A stretch of 64,000 nucleotides of DNA from Bacteroidales bacterium. Its GTDB lineage: Bacteria; Bacteroidota; Bacteroidia; Bacteroidales; UBA932. This document shows, one piece after another, positions 18,852 to 28,897 of this stretch. The position numbers and the translations under genes were made by a program. The stretch lies in NCBI GenBank assembly GCA_024401825.1, contig JAKSKF010000003.1:4948-68947 (forward strand), read 5' to 3'. The notes under the pieces are model-generated. The model made no database searches. It was not told where the DNA came from and saw nothing but the letters and a program-made list of their open reading frames with translations. Every line of letters begins with the position of its first letter. Positions within the stretch are counted from its first letter, which is position 1.

Positions 18852-19999
18852 CAGGACATACTGTCAAAACATTCCTTGATAGACCGGCATACCGCAGTCC
18901 TTTCAAAATTGTCCCGCACCCATTTCCTCCCCGCTTTTCCATACTTCGCAAGGCGTTCCGGGCTACAGTACAGCGAAAACATCGCAGCACAGACATTCTG
19001 CGGGTCAAGAGTGACACAGTCCCCTGTCTCTCCGGGGATTATCGTATCCCGGCTACCTGTAAATCCCGTGGTCAGAACAGGAATTTCCATTGCTCCGGCC
19101 TCAAGCAGGCTCAAGCCCAATCCGTCTCTATGGGTAGGCAGCACAAACAGGCTCATTATGGAATAATACAGTTCAATATTGTCATCAACATCACCGCAAA
19201 GAATTATATCATCATCCCCGGCCATTATGTCCCGCACGGAAGATTTGATGCCGTCGCGTATGTCCCACGGGCCGACCACAAGCAGTTTGACTCTGCCATT
19301 GACCTGTTTCTTAAACAACTCGAACGCTTCCACAAGTTCCTCTATGCCTTTGTCCCTGACAATCCTGCCACAGAAACCTATTACAAAATCGGTCTCATTC
19401 AAGCCCAAACTCTTCCGCAATTCTGTCTGTTTGTCCACACTCACGTTCCCGGGATTGAATTTCCCATTCACGTCAATACCGCAGCAAGAGCCCTTTCCCG
19501 GAACATAAGACTTGCCGGGCCTGTCAATTCCGAGATTCAGACGAAGTTCCTTGAGAAACGGACTTACGCAGATGACTCGGTTTGCAAACTTAGACTCCAC
19601 CCTATCCAAAGCCACAAACAATTTACGAGGAAGGCCCTTCCTTGTCTCAAAACTTGTCCCGTGAGCAAAAAGAACAATTTTCCGTCCTGTCAGAAATCCA
19701 CATATCACCGCCAGCAGCTTTCCTTTGTCCGCGTGTCCCACCACACATTCAATGTTTTCCCGCCTGACATAGCGGCATATTCTGATTACCGCGACGGTGT
19801 CTTTCCACAATGAAGGCACCCTTGGCATTTCAGTTGCCATATACTCGAACCTGTTCTCCTCTGCAAAAGAAGGCAACTCTTCGTCAGGACTCGAAGCCAG
19901 ATACATCCGGTACCCGTCTTCTGCAAAGAGTTTCATCCTGTATCCGAGAAAGCTTCTGGCAAACCCGAAGTGCGGAACTATTTCAAGAATGCGTTTCAC
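18851..19999 (-). CDS. GT4 glycosyltransferase (CapM-like)
   Basis: GRIVRDKGIEEL and PTHRDGLGLSLLEAGAM; GTG start. Confidence 0.88.
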   Translation of the reverse strand: MKRILEIVPHFGFARSFLGYRMKLFAEDGYRMYLASSPDEELPSFAEENRFEYMATEMPRVPSLWKDTVAVIRICRYVRRENIECVVGHADKGKLLAVICGFLTGRKIVLFAHGTSFETRKGLPRKLFVALDRVESKFANRVICVSPFLKELRLNLGIDRPGKSYVPGKGSCCGIDVNGKFNPGNVSVDKQTELRKSLGLNETDFVIGFCGRIVRDKGIEELVEAFELFKKQVNGRVKLLVVGPWDIRDGIKSSVRDIMAGDDDIILCGDVDDNIELYYSIMSLFVLPTHRDGLGLSLLEAGAMEIPVLTTGFTGSRDTIIPGETGDCVTLDPQNVCAAMFSLYCSPERLAKYGKAGRKWVRDNFERTAVCRSIKECFDSMS

Positions 20000-21104
20000 G
20001 GCGCAGCACTTTTCTGATATTTTTCAAGGTCCCTATTATGAAAGGGACAGGGTCCGTCCAATCACTCATATCCTGATAATGGATATGCTTCCCTATGAAC
20101 TTGAACCAGTCAGGTTTTGTCCTGAACCTGTCAGCGGATTTAATGAACCAGAGAACTTCAAAGCCCAGGTGCCTGAGAAATTCACCCTCCCTGTATCCGT
20201 ATTGTTTTTGTGGCAGTCCCAAATATGCGTCAACAATGATGTTCGGCCAGTCAATTCCGGCAGTCATTGCAGTCTTTACGCAGGCGGGGACACGGGGATT
20301 CAGTTCAAGAATCAGCAGTTCACCTGTGTCAGGATTCTCTATGGTATCAAAATCAGCGAATCCCACCCAGCCCAATTTCCTGAGCAATTCATATAGGAGA
20401 GCAACCATTTTGTCGTCCCTTGCCGAGACCGCGCAGCTGGCGCTTCCACCTTTCTCCGGGTACCAGCGGTATTTGTGAATAACGGACGAATTCACCAGTT
20501 TCTGCTTTTCGTCAAGCAACAGTTGAAACTCCACTTGGGCTCCACCCTGACGCACATATTCCTGAAGATGGCACGGACCGAATTTTCTGACGATTCCGGG
20601 AAGCGCCGTTTCAAGTTCTTCAAGGTCCCTTACCAGTGTCATTCCCCTGCCGCCACAAGTTATGTCCGGCTTAATCAAAACAGGGAATGGAAGGTCCCTT
20701 TCGCACGAATTCCAAGTACGCGGATGAGGGAAGCCGTTTTCCATACAGAAAGACATAAGCGAACCCTTGTTGTAGGCCTTCTCAAAAACCCTGTGCTCCG
20801 GCATTATGAAACGCGCCAGCGGAATAAGTTCATCCCTGTTCCGGGAAAGCATTTCTGCGGCATCGTCGCCCATAGGGATGACGGCATCTATTTTCCAGGA
20901 CCTGATTGTGTCCCTGAGCAACGAAAGATACTCTTCACTGCAGGGCGGGTACTTGCAATAAACCTTCCGGTTCACGTATCTGGAAGCATCTGCGTAGTTA
21001 TGCCGGTCTGAATACATCAGACAGACGCGATGTCCGGACTTTGCCAAACTTCCGGCAAAAGCAAGTCCCTGCGTGCCTCCCCCTATGAGCAAGATGTTGG
21101 ACAT
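19983..21104 (-). CDS. ATP-grasp carboxylate-amine ligase
   Basis: YNK, KPDITCGGRG, LQEYV, KYRWYP..GG and LELNPR. Confidence 0.85.
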   Translation of the reverse strand: MSNILLIGGGTQGLAFAGSLAKSGHRVCLMYSDRHNYADASRYVNRKVYCKYPPCSEEYLSLLRDTIRSWKIDAVIPMGDDAAEMLSRNRDELIPLARFIMPEHRVFEKAYNKGSLMSFCMENGFPHPRTWNSCERDLPFPVLIKPDITCGGRGMTLVRDLEELETALPGIVRKFGPCHLQEYVRQGGAQVEFQLLLDEKQKLVNSSVIHKYRWYPEKGGSASCAVSARDDKMVALLYELLRKLGWVGFADFDTIENPDTGELLILELNPRVPACVKTAMTAGIDWPNIIVDAYLGLPQKQYGYREGEFLRHLGFEVLWFIKSADRFRTKPDWFKFIGKHIHYQDMSDWTDPVPFIIGTLKNIRKVLRRETHS

Positions 21105-21106
21105 TA

Positions 21107-21898
21107 TCACTTCCCTCTCCTATGCAATCTTACATACACAAAACGCGGTAAAAGTCCCACTGCTATAGGCCTCAGGGCATATACATAACTTGACACAGGC
21201 AGGCCGAGCAATCTGTATCCGGCAAACCTGACGCAAGCCTCATTCAGGTTGTTCCTGAATTTTCTGCGTTTGATGGCATTTCTGTCATCGCGCATCGCGT
21301 AGTAAGGTTTTGACAGCACAAATGCCTTGAACCCTGCAGCATACATCTTAAACCACAGATGATAGTCCTCAACCCTGAGAAGTCTCCTGCCAACGCCATA
21401 GCCTCCCACCGAATCAAAAGCTTCTTTTCTTACCATACAGGATGCGTGGGGAATCGGAGACCCTTTTATGAAGTCCGACTTTGCAATTTCCCCCTTTCCC
21501 TTTCCCCTCATAAACTCTCCACTTTCATCGAAGTAAATCATAGGGCAGCTGACAATGGCATATTCGGGGTGAGCATCAAGAAACCCAACCTCCTTCTCAA
21601 ACCGTTCAGGCAAGGATATGTCATCCCCGTCCATCCTGGCTATGTACTCTCCTTTTGCAACTGCAAGACAGTTGTTCAGGGTAATATTCAGACCCAGATT
21701 CCTTTCGTTGCGGAGAAGAACCACATTGGGGTGTTCCATTGAATTCTTCAGCGCGAGCTCATAGGTGTTATCCGTAGAGCCGTCCTCACAGAGGATGATT
21801 TCAAAATCCTGAAACGTCTGGGCATACAATGAGTCCAGCGCCTCCTGAAGAGTTGAAGCGCAGTTGTAAATTCCCATTATGACGGAGACCTTGGGCAT
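21107..21898 (-). CDS. GT2 glycosyltransferase
   Basis: VSVIMGIYN, EDGSTD, ARMDGDD and VEDYHLW. Confidence 0.92.
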   Translation of the reverse strand: MPKVSVIMGIYNCASTLQEALDSLYAQTFQDFEIILCEDGSTDNTYELALKNSMEHPNVVLLRNERNLGLNITLNNCLAVAKGEYIARMDGDDISLPERFEKEVGFLDAHPEYAIVSCPMIYFDESGEFMRGKGKGEIAKSDFIKGSPIPHASCMVRKEAFDSVGGYGVGRRLLRVEDYHLWFKMYAAGFKAFVLSKPYYAMRDDRNAIKRRKFRNNLNEACVRFAGYRLLGLPVSSYVYALRPIAVGLLPRFVYVRLHRRGK

Positions 21899-21903
21899 AG
21901 CGA

Positions 21904-22980
21904 TTACTTATAATAGATGAACGCCATAAATAACGTGAACGCCATATGCGCATAAGACACCAGTTTTGCCGAATGGAACTGTTTTATGCCCCAGTTTTCC
22001 TTAAGGAAAGGATAAATGAGCACAACGGGATACATAAACCAGCTGAGGTATGCTATCCTGTTGGTGAATGAAGCATACATACATAACAACCATACCGTAT
22101 TGGTGAGCAGATACATATTCAGGAGAGAAATATAAAAACGGGACTTTATGTTCTTTCTGAAGACGGAAAAATATCCTACAAGGACGGGTATAGCGCTGTA
22201 TAGGACAAAATCAAGCCGGAAACCGTCCCTGAAATCAAAATTGGTCAGGTAGGACAGACCGACTTCGTCCGAGAGCCCGGAGAAGATTTCCTGAAACCAG
22301 GTAATATGGAACACCGCCAGCAACACAGACACAATCCACAAAGCATAATAAACCCGGGGACTGCGTATGAACCTTGTCACAACGAATGCTATGACAACCA
22401 TCATCATTGAATGGTGAAAGCCCCAGGATATCAGCGCCATAGGGATGGCAACCCTAAGTTTGTCCTGATATGCCAGCGCAACCAGAAAAATGGATGCGGC
22501 GGCCCCGGATTTGATTCCGTTCGTACCGTAACTGAAAGTGGAGAATGCGGCAAGGCACATCAAAAGGACGAACAGAGTGTCATTGGGGAACATTTTCCGG
22601 CAGGCGGTGCACATATTTCCAAAGTAAATCCCGGCAATCAGCAGGAAGAACCACTTTATCGGCATCCCGGCACTGGACATAAAAGAGCGCAAATTATCGA
22701 ACAGGATATTCTGCGCGTGCCAGTCAAATTTGAATGTTGCAAGATTCCAATAGTCCCATTGACTTGCATAGCCTACCATATCGATAAAGACACCGTCAAC
22801 AGGCCTTAAACCAATAAACAATGTCATTGCAACCGTCAGAATTATCGCCGGGATGGAGGATTCCTGTCCGGTTGCACAATATCGCATATGACCATACCTT
22901 GAGTATTTCTCCCCCACGGCCAAGGTCAGGATGGCGACAAAAATCAGATAGACGGTATTGTAATATTCTGCAGAAATCAT
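21904..22980 (-). CDS. wzy: EpsG family polymerase (Wzy)
   Basis: Multi-TM protein with GLRP..D...Y, NGIKSG, FHHS and NRIAYLSW. Confidence 0.8.
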   Translation of the reverse strand: MISAEYYNTVYLIFVAILTLAVGEKYSRYGHMRYCATGQESSIPAIILTVAMTLFIGLRPVDGVFIDMVGYASQWDYWNLATFKFDWHAQNILFDNLRSFMSSAGMPIKWFFLLIAGIYFGNMCTACRKMFPNDTLFVLLMCLAAFSTFSYGTNGIKSGAAASIFLVALAYQDKLRVAIPMALISWGFHHSMMMVVIAFVVTRFIRSPRVYYALWIVSVLLAVFHITWFQEIFSGLSDEVGLSYLTNFDFRDGFRLDFVLYSAIPVLVGYFSVFRKNIKSRFYISLLNMYLLTNTVWLLCMYASFTNRIAYLSWFMYPVVLIYPFLKENWGIKQFHSAKLVSYAHMAFTLFMAFIYYK

Positions 22981-22982
22981 TG

Positions 22983-23717
22983 TCAACCTGTAATCCTCAC
23001 CACACAGCGCTTCAGCAGGCGGAGCACGTGCGTCAAATGTTTCCTCCCGGTCCAGGACGCGTCATAATGATGAATGCTTCGGGTATTTTGAGTCAGAGTC
23101 CTGATGCAGGCTTTAGTATGGTCAGCAGGACAGAAATAGTCCGAGGGATAAATCCGGATTCCTTCAACCTCCTGCGTGTCGTCATTGCAATCCGACAACC
23201 CGTATTTAAGAAGAATCTCGCTCGTATATGCAACCACTGTCTTTGTGTTCAGACTTCCGTCTTCATTGACAAACGCGCGCTCCCCGTAACCGTCCAGGAG
23301 TTCCTTGAAAATCCTCATTCCGGCAGGCGCAGCCATACCGAGCCCGGGATTCACGGCAAGGCCATCTCCCCCCTGCCCGCATACGTTTTTGAGCACAGAG
23401 CCGGCTTCCCTTCCCATATACGGGCCTTTTGCCAGAATGTCATCCATAGGTCTCAGGACCTCAACGTCAGTGTCAAAGTAGATTCCTCCGAAATTGTAGA
23501 TTACCCAGAATCTGGCATAGTCGCTGACGAATGCGTATTTCCTGGCGTCATATGCTTCCCTTGTATAACGGACGGCATCCACGTCGAAGTTCGATTCGTT
23601 CCACTCCCTGATTTCATAACCGGGAAGATGCTTCTTCCAGGACGCAATGCATCTCAATGCGCTTTTGGGAAGAGGCTTGCCGCCGAACCAGCAATAATGT
23701 ATGACTTTGGGTATCAT
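22983..23717 (-). CDS. GT32 (DXD) glycosyltransferase
   Basis: MIPKVIHYCWFGG, AFVSDYAR, GGIYFDTDVE and IHHYDASW. Confidence 0.92.
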   Translation of the reverse strand: MIPKVIHYCWFGGKPLPKSALRCIASWKKHLPGYEIREWNESNFDVDAVRYTREAYDARKYAFVSDYARFWVIYNFGGIYFDTDVEVLRPMDDILAKGPYMGREAGSVLKNVCGQGGDGLAVNPGLGMAAPAGMRIFKELLDGYGERAFVNEDGSLNTKTVVAYTSEILLKYGLSDCNDDTQEVEGIRIYPSDYFCPADHTKACIRTLTQNTRSIHHYDASWTGRKHLTHVLRLLKRCVVRITG

Positions 23718-23718
23718 C

Positions 23719-24741
23719 CTATCTGCGTGAGCTGAACCCGACAATATATTTGCCGAAAGGCAGTTTGCTGAATAGGACCGTCAGGCCGTAACTTATGAGC
23801 AGGGTGCCGAAAAAACTGACGAGCAGTGACGACCATCGGCCAAGCAGGGATATGTGGCAGACGTCCCATAGGAACGGGCGCATCACGTAAATGTGAATCA
23901 GGTATATCCCGAAGCAGCACGTGGAAAAATGTTGTAATACTGACAAAGCGCCCGGATTCAGACCGTCAATTCTTTGGGATAGATTTCTCACAATTGTAAA
24001 CCAGGACCAGCTCATCATTGCTCCGACCAGGCTCAGATATCCGAAATGATATGAAACGGAGAGGTGTAATCCCCAATATTTGAACAGAGCGCCCACAACG
24101 AAAGGTATTGGCAACAGAGCAATGGCAATCCAGGTCTTTGCCCTGCCGAAGTTGTGTAAATAATAGCCCAGCACGAAGTAACCAAGGTAACCGGAGAAAT
24201 AGTATAATATCCCTTTTTTTGACGTCTCAATGTCAAGTATGTCTTTCAGGTACGGGAAACACAGTGAAACCGCCCATAACAACAGAAACAGTTTCAGTTC
24301 CGTCCGACCTGCTTTCTCAAGCCAGGGGCTGATAATGGGAGCAAGCAGGTATAGCCCTATCAAAGGATATACAAACCAAAGGATGCCGGAGCCCTGTACG
24401 GAAAAGGGAATGGAGAATATCGTCCTGAGCAGAGCAGCAGGCTCCGGGGTCCCTTTCTGAAGAGCCTCAATGACTATTCCCACGCATATCCACACCAACA
24501 AGGGAAAAACCACCTTTGCCAGCCTCTTTTTGACAAACGAAACACCCGTCTCTTGAACAGGAAGCAGCAACGCTCCGCTTATCATAAAGAAAAGACCTAT
24601 GCACGGCACGCAGAAAAGACCTTCGGCACACAAAAAATTGCCCGTATGCCCGACACCCGGCAACGGCGCGTGCATCGCTATCACCATCAGGCAAGCCAGG
24701 ACCCGCAATACGTCAAGGTAGTATATACGTTTCTTCATCAT
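23719..24741 (-). CDS. acyltransferase family 3 (O-acyltransferase)
   Basis: RIYYLDVLR...VIAMH, FFMISG, WFVY, GYFVLG and FGIYLIH. Confidence 0.9.
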   Translation of the reverse strand: MMKKRIYYLDVLRVLACLMVIAMHAPLPGVGHTGNFLCAEGLFCVPCIGLFFMISGALLLPVQETGVSFVKKRLAKVVFPLLVWICVGIVIEALQKGTPEPAALLRTIFSIPFSVQGSGILWFVYPLIGLYLLAPIISPWLEKAGRTELKLFLLLWAVSLCFPYLKDILDIETSKKGILYYFSGYLGYFVLGYYLHNFGRAKTWIAIALLPIPFVVGALFKYWGLHLSVSYHFGYLSLVGAMMSWSWFTIVRNLSQRIDGLNPGALSVLQHFSTCCFGIYLIHIYVMRPFLWDVCHISLLGRWSSLLVSFFGTLLISYGLTVLFSKLPFGKYIVGFSSRR

Positions 24742-25940
24742 ATCAAGTCATAGATTTTTTCCACTTCTTCAGTATTTCCAAGGTGCATTTTCTCCGCATT
24801 TTCCCCCAACCGTTTCCGCTTTCCACAGTCACAGGCCAGAGACGCTATCGCCTGTGCAATCGATGCATTATCCATTCCGCAAACAACACCGTCCTCTCCA
24901 TCCTTTAACTGAGAGCCCGAAGTCGGGAAATTTGTAATCAGAACTGCCCTTCCAAGCATCTGGGCTTCCTGGACGGTAATTGCCTTGCCCTCTAATCTTG
25001 AAGGTTGAACGTACAGGTCACAATGAAGCATATAAGGATAGGGGTTCTCACGAGGCCCCAGGAATACGACACAATCCGCCACTCCATATCTTTCAGCAAG
25101 TGCATTATATGATTCCACATCTCCCGGACCAACTATCCACCATTTGAACTTCAACCCACGGGTCTTCAGGATTGAAGCGATTGCAGGGACGTTATCAAAA
25201 TTCTTCTGATAGCACAATCTTCCCACAGAACATATCCTGAAAATGTCTCTACCCATTTCCGAGTACTCTGCAGGTTCGCCTGTTGCTGCCTGAGACTTTA
25301 CCAATGAAGCCGGAATGATGTTCTCTATTTTTATGATTTTCCCTGCCAAGGAAGGGAACGCGGAGACGAATGACCTGGTCACATCATCGGAGATGGAAAC
25401 TATCCCATCGTTCGCGGCCCAGCGCCTGAATGTGACACGCGGGTCATAACTGAACACCTTTCCACTGAAATCAGTGTGAATCCATTCAATCTTTTTCTTT
25501 GCCAGCACCTTGTCCTGAACTATGTGGGGAGGGTCCAGAAAACTGATTGCAAGGTCATACTCACCCAAATAATGCAGCGAAGGCAGCAAACGCGACACAC
25601 TGTCAAATATAAATTGGGAGCCGGTGCCGTCATTCTTGATTCTATGGATTTTCATATACAATCCGTGACGGGCAGTCCCCCACAACCTGGCCAGAAAAAT
25701 CATAAGGTGTCCTTCTCTCAGAATATCCATCAGGGGGCGCTCTATTGCAGAATACCGCGGTATTTCAGGAAGCAGATTAATCTTGTCCGGAATCAAGGAC
25801 ATAAACGGCCCGGTATGCTGATTTATGAACAAATCCACATCCACCCTCTCCGTATCAATGGCATACAGCAGGCCGAGCAGAGCCCTTTCAGCCCCACCCA
25901 GTTCCATATAATGCATATTGATGAATATTCTGGGCTTCAT
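24738..25940 (-). CDS. GT4 glycosyltransferase
   Basis: GGAER, WIHTD, VGRLCYQKNFD, NPYPY and PSRLEG...EA. Confidence 0.9.
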   Translation of the reverse strand: MKPRIFINMHYMELGGAERALLGLLYAIDTERVDVDLFINQHTGPFMSLIPDKINLLPEIPRYSAIERPLMDILREGHLMIFLARLWGTARHGLYMKIHRIKNDGTGSQFIFDSVSRLLPSLHYLGEYDLAISFLDPPHIVQDKVLAKKKIEWIHTDFSGKVFSYDPRVTFRRWAANDGIVSISDDVTRSFVSAFPSLAGKIIKIENIIPASLVKSQAATGEPAEYSEMGRDIFRICSVGRLCYQKNFDNVPAIASILKTRGLKFKWWIVGPGDVESYNALAERYGVADCVVFLGPRENPYPYMLHCDLYVQPSRLEGKAITVQEAQMLGRAVLITNFPTSGSQLKDGEDGVVCGMDNASIAQAIASLACDCGKRKRLGENAEKMHLGNTEEVEKIYDLI

Positions 25941-25941
25941 A

Positions 25942-26859
25942 TCAAAATGGAAGTGACCTGTATCTCCAGTCAATCAATCTGATATACCACTTGGACTTGT
26001 CATTTTCTGCAGCAGCGCCTTTCCAAGGTGTTTGGGCAAGGCAATTCCAATAGAGATTCTTCAGCGGATGCTTGCAACCCCTGACCCAGGGGCGGACCGT
26101 AAAACTCGGCGTGAAATGCAGAATGGCGGGATTCTGTTTTGCTTCGTCAATTTCTTCAGCGGCATAATAGTCCGTGTGCTCGCAGAAATATTTCATAATT
26201 TTCCTCCTGTTGAAGATATATTGTACGGTCATCACATTAAATTTCAAGGGGAGGCAGGCCAAACTGTTTCTGAACACTCCGTTCAAGACTCCCTGGTCGT
26301 GATGGAACACTCTCCCCTGCCGCTCCCGGATAAAATCAAGGCATTTCCGTTCACAATCTGTTTCACGCCATTTCTTCAGGTCAATGAGGAGCAATCCTGC
26401 ATTGAAATACCTGTCTTCCGACCTCAGTCCGACAGCATACTTGAATCTATCTGGCACGGCATCCTGGACCGCAGCTATGACATTGCCCTTCAGGTCATAA
26501 TTCCACAAGTCGTTCAAAGGCTGCGTCACAATCATATCACAGTCCAGATAAAGGACTCTGTCAACGTCCTTCGGAAGCATACTTGCAACGAACAATCTCC
26601 CATATGATGACAAAGAGATGTTCCAAGGCATATCCAGTTTCAAGGAATCACGCCATTGCTTGAATGGGATATACTCTATGCTTGAATTCGGGAAAACTTC
26701 TACAACTGACGTCAACTTGTCCTTGTTGCCCCGACTTATCTCGTTGTCAATCACGAATATCCTGATTTTCGGGCATTTGTCATTCTTAGACAGAAGACTG
26801 TAAACAGCAACGCCTAAATGCCTGATGTAATTATTGTCTGAGGAAAATACTACATTCAT
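25942..26859 (-). CDS. GT8 glycosyltransferase
   Basis: YGRL, LYLDCD, YFNAG, HDQGVLN, HFT and RPW. Confidence 0.9.
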   Translation of the reverse strand: MNVVFSSDNNYIRHLGVAVYSLLSKNDKCPKIRIFVIDNEISRGNKDKLTSVVEVFPNSSIEYIPFKQWRDSLKLDMPWNISLSSYGRLFVASMLPKDVDRVLYLDCDMIVTQPLNDLWNYDLKGNVIAAVQDAVPDRFKYAVGLRSEDRYFNAGLLLIDLKKWRETDCERKCLDFIRERQGRVFHHDQGVLNGVFRNSLACLPLKFNVMTVQYIFNRRKIMKYFCEHTDYYAAEEIDEAKQNPAILHFTPSFTVRPWVRGCKHPLKNLYWNCLAQTPWKGAAAENDKSKWYIRLIDWRYRSLPF

Positions 26860-27824
26860 ACAAGACGCCGGCATAAATCGTAAAGATTAAAAAAGTGCAA
26901 ACGCAGCAGAGATACCAGGACGAACTCTCCAAAGGAAGTTATCTCTTTCCATCTGACGTATCTTTTCAGGTCAATCTGCCTTACACGATTAAGACGAATC
27001 TTTTTACTTTCAGGATAAATATAGATACTGTTGAGGAGTCTGTCTGCATAGAATGTCCACCTCCGCATTATCCATTCATACTGCGGGTACCTGAAAAATA
27101 TGTCATCTGAAACTTTAAAAAAGGCATTTTCACTAATCAATTCATTCATATACGGGAAAGTTCCCAGCGTTGTCAAAGAGCCTTCAGTCTGAACATAATA
27201 ATAGCCTGTCCCAGAACAGAAAGAAGCGCTGTTACACTTCAAAATATACGTGTATAGGAATATCTCGTCTTCACCGATATAGGCTCCCTCCACAAATCGA
27301 ATGTTGTATTTCAACAATATTGAAGCATTGAACAATTTGCACCATGGACCTTTTTGGTATATGAGTTTTCCTACAGACAGCAATATTCCAAAATCATTCT
27401 TACCATAAAACTTCTCGTCATACTTCCGCTCCAATATACAATGCCCCTCCCTATCTATTGTTTTCTTTCCACACAGGACAAAGTCACTGTTGAATTTCAT
27501 TTGATTTAGAATCAAATTATCTATGAAGGACGGCTCAATGTAATCGTCCGCATCAAGAAATACAATCCACTCACCCCGGGCATTGTCAAGTCCGAGATTC
27601 CTTGCAGAACTTGCCCCGCCGTTCGCCTTGTGAAAGACTATAAATCTGGAGTCCTTAGCAGCATACTCTTCACAAATCTCTCCTGAGCAATCAGGGGAGC
27701 CGTCATTTACAAGAATGCACTCCCAGTCAGAATAAGCCTGAGAAATAACAGAATCAAGGCATTTTCTGATAGTTCTCTCTGCCCGATACGCAGGAACAAT
27801 TATAGTAACCTTTCTTTTATCCAT
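26856..27824 (-). CDS. GT2 glycosyltransferase
   Basis: IIVPAY, VNDGSPD, ARNLG, FLDADD and GED. Confidence 0.9.
   Translation of the reverse strand: MDKRKVTIIVPAYRAERTIRKCLDSVISQAYSDWECILVNDGSPDCSGEICEEYAAKDSRFIVFHKANGGASSARNLGLDNARGEWIVFLDADDYIEPSFIDNLILNQMKFNSDFVLCGKKTIDREGHCILERKYDEKFYGKNDFGILLSVGKLIYQKGPWCKLFNASILLKYNIRFVEGAYIGEDEIFLYTYILKCNSASFCSGTGYYYVQTEGSLTTLGTFPYMNELISENAFFKVSDDIFFRYPQYEWIMRRWTFYADRLLNSIYIYPESKKIRLNRVRQIDLKRYVRWKEITSFGEFVLVSLLRLHFFNLYDLCRRLV
27542..27767. repeat. direct repeat copy 1 (GT2 N-terminal domain)
   Basis: 76 bp identical (27542-27617 = 29713-29788) and high identity over about 225 bp with 29713-29938. Confidence 0.85.
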
Positions 27825-28819
27825 CTAAAAAACTTTCTTCGTTTTATTCTGATAATAAAAGAATCTCTTTTTTCTTCAAGCTTATGATGAAGTCGTAAAA
27901 TTTGAAACGAAGATTTTGAACCGTTAGCGGCGTCCCGCCAAATTCTCCGTTCAATGCAATTGTCAATAAACGGATTCTCCAAAACTTCAGGGAAACACTC
28001 GACGAATCCCTTAAAATCAGTTTCTTTCATCATAATAAATTTATTTTTCAGGCTACATTTTTTACATATCAAGAAAAAGCCTGCATCATAGCATACATTT
28101 GAGAAGAATGTTTCCAAGTTTATTATGCAAGAAACTTGCTGTTCAATTATATCCTTCTCCATACGTCTGGAAACAATACTTTCAGGATGAGTGACATCAT
28201 AATGATAAAGAGGTTCCTCTATATGAGAAAGGTGATTTGCAAAATAATATACTCGCAGGTTAACATACATATCCTCCCACATATTCATACCTGAAATGGG
28301 ATATATATCATGTTCCCGAATAAGTCGTGTACGGATTAGCCTGCACCAAAGGCTCCACCAGGTATCGTGTGCCTTGTATTGAATATGAAATCTAGGGTCA
28401 GGACTATCAGAGTTTTGAATTATTCTGGATTGTCCCTCTTTCTCTATTACAAAATTACAAGAGACAATATCCGCCCCCGTTGATACGGCTTTCAGATACA
28501 TCTTCTCGTACATATCAGGTTCAACCCAATCATCACTATCGCAATGAATTTGATATTCCCCATTTGCTTCCAGCATCCCCCTTCGACGAACGGTAACCTG
28601 TCCGCTGTTATGGTCCATATTGATTATCCTCACCTGTCTTTTCCTGTTCGGATAATCTTCAAGGGTATTGAGCAAAACATTCATTGAATTGTCCGGAGTG
28701 CAATCATTAACGAACAGATATTCAATATCATCAAGAGTCTGTTCAAATAGACTCCTTGAACATCTTTCAATATATTTTTCGACACAGTAAACTGGGATTA
28801 TGACTGAGAGCTTCGACAT
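27800..28819 (-). CDS. GT2 glycosyltransferase
   Basis: LSVIIPVY, VNDCTPD, CDSDD and WED; ATG at 28819 (alternative TTG at 28843). Confidence 0.88.
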   Translation of the reverse strand: MSKLSVIIPVYCVEKYIERCSRSLFEQTLDDIEYLFVNDCTPDNSMNVLLNTLEDYPNRKRQVRIINMDHNSGQVTVRRRGMLEANGEYQIHCDSDDWVEPDMYEKMYLKAVSTGADIVSCNFVIEKEGQSRIIQNSDSPDPRFHIQYKAHDTWWSLWCRLIRTRLIREHDIYPISGMNMWEDMYVNLRVYYFANHLSHIEEPLYHYDVTHPESIVSRRMEKDIIEQQVSCIINLETFFSNVCYDAGFFLICKKCSLKNKFIMMKETDFKGFVECFPEVLENPFIDNCIERRIWRDAANGSKSSFQILRLHHKLEEKRDSFIIRIKRRKFFRWIKERLL

Positions 28820-28897
28820 ATCCGAATTGTCACTATTCTCCAATACTCAGTGATAAATTAATAAAATTCTGCACTCAAAGTATAGAAATATAAATTA

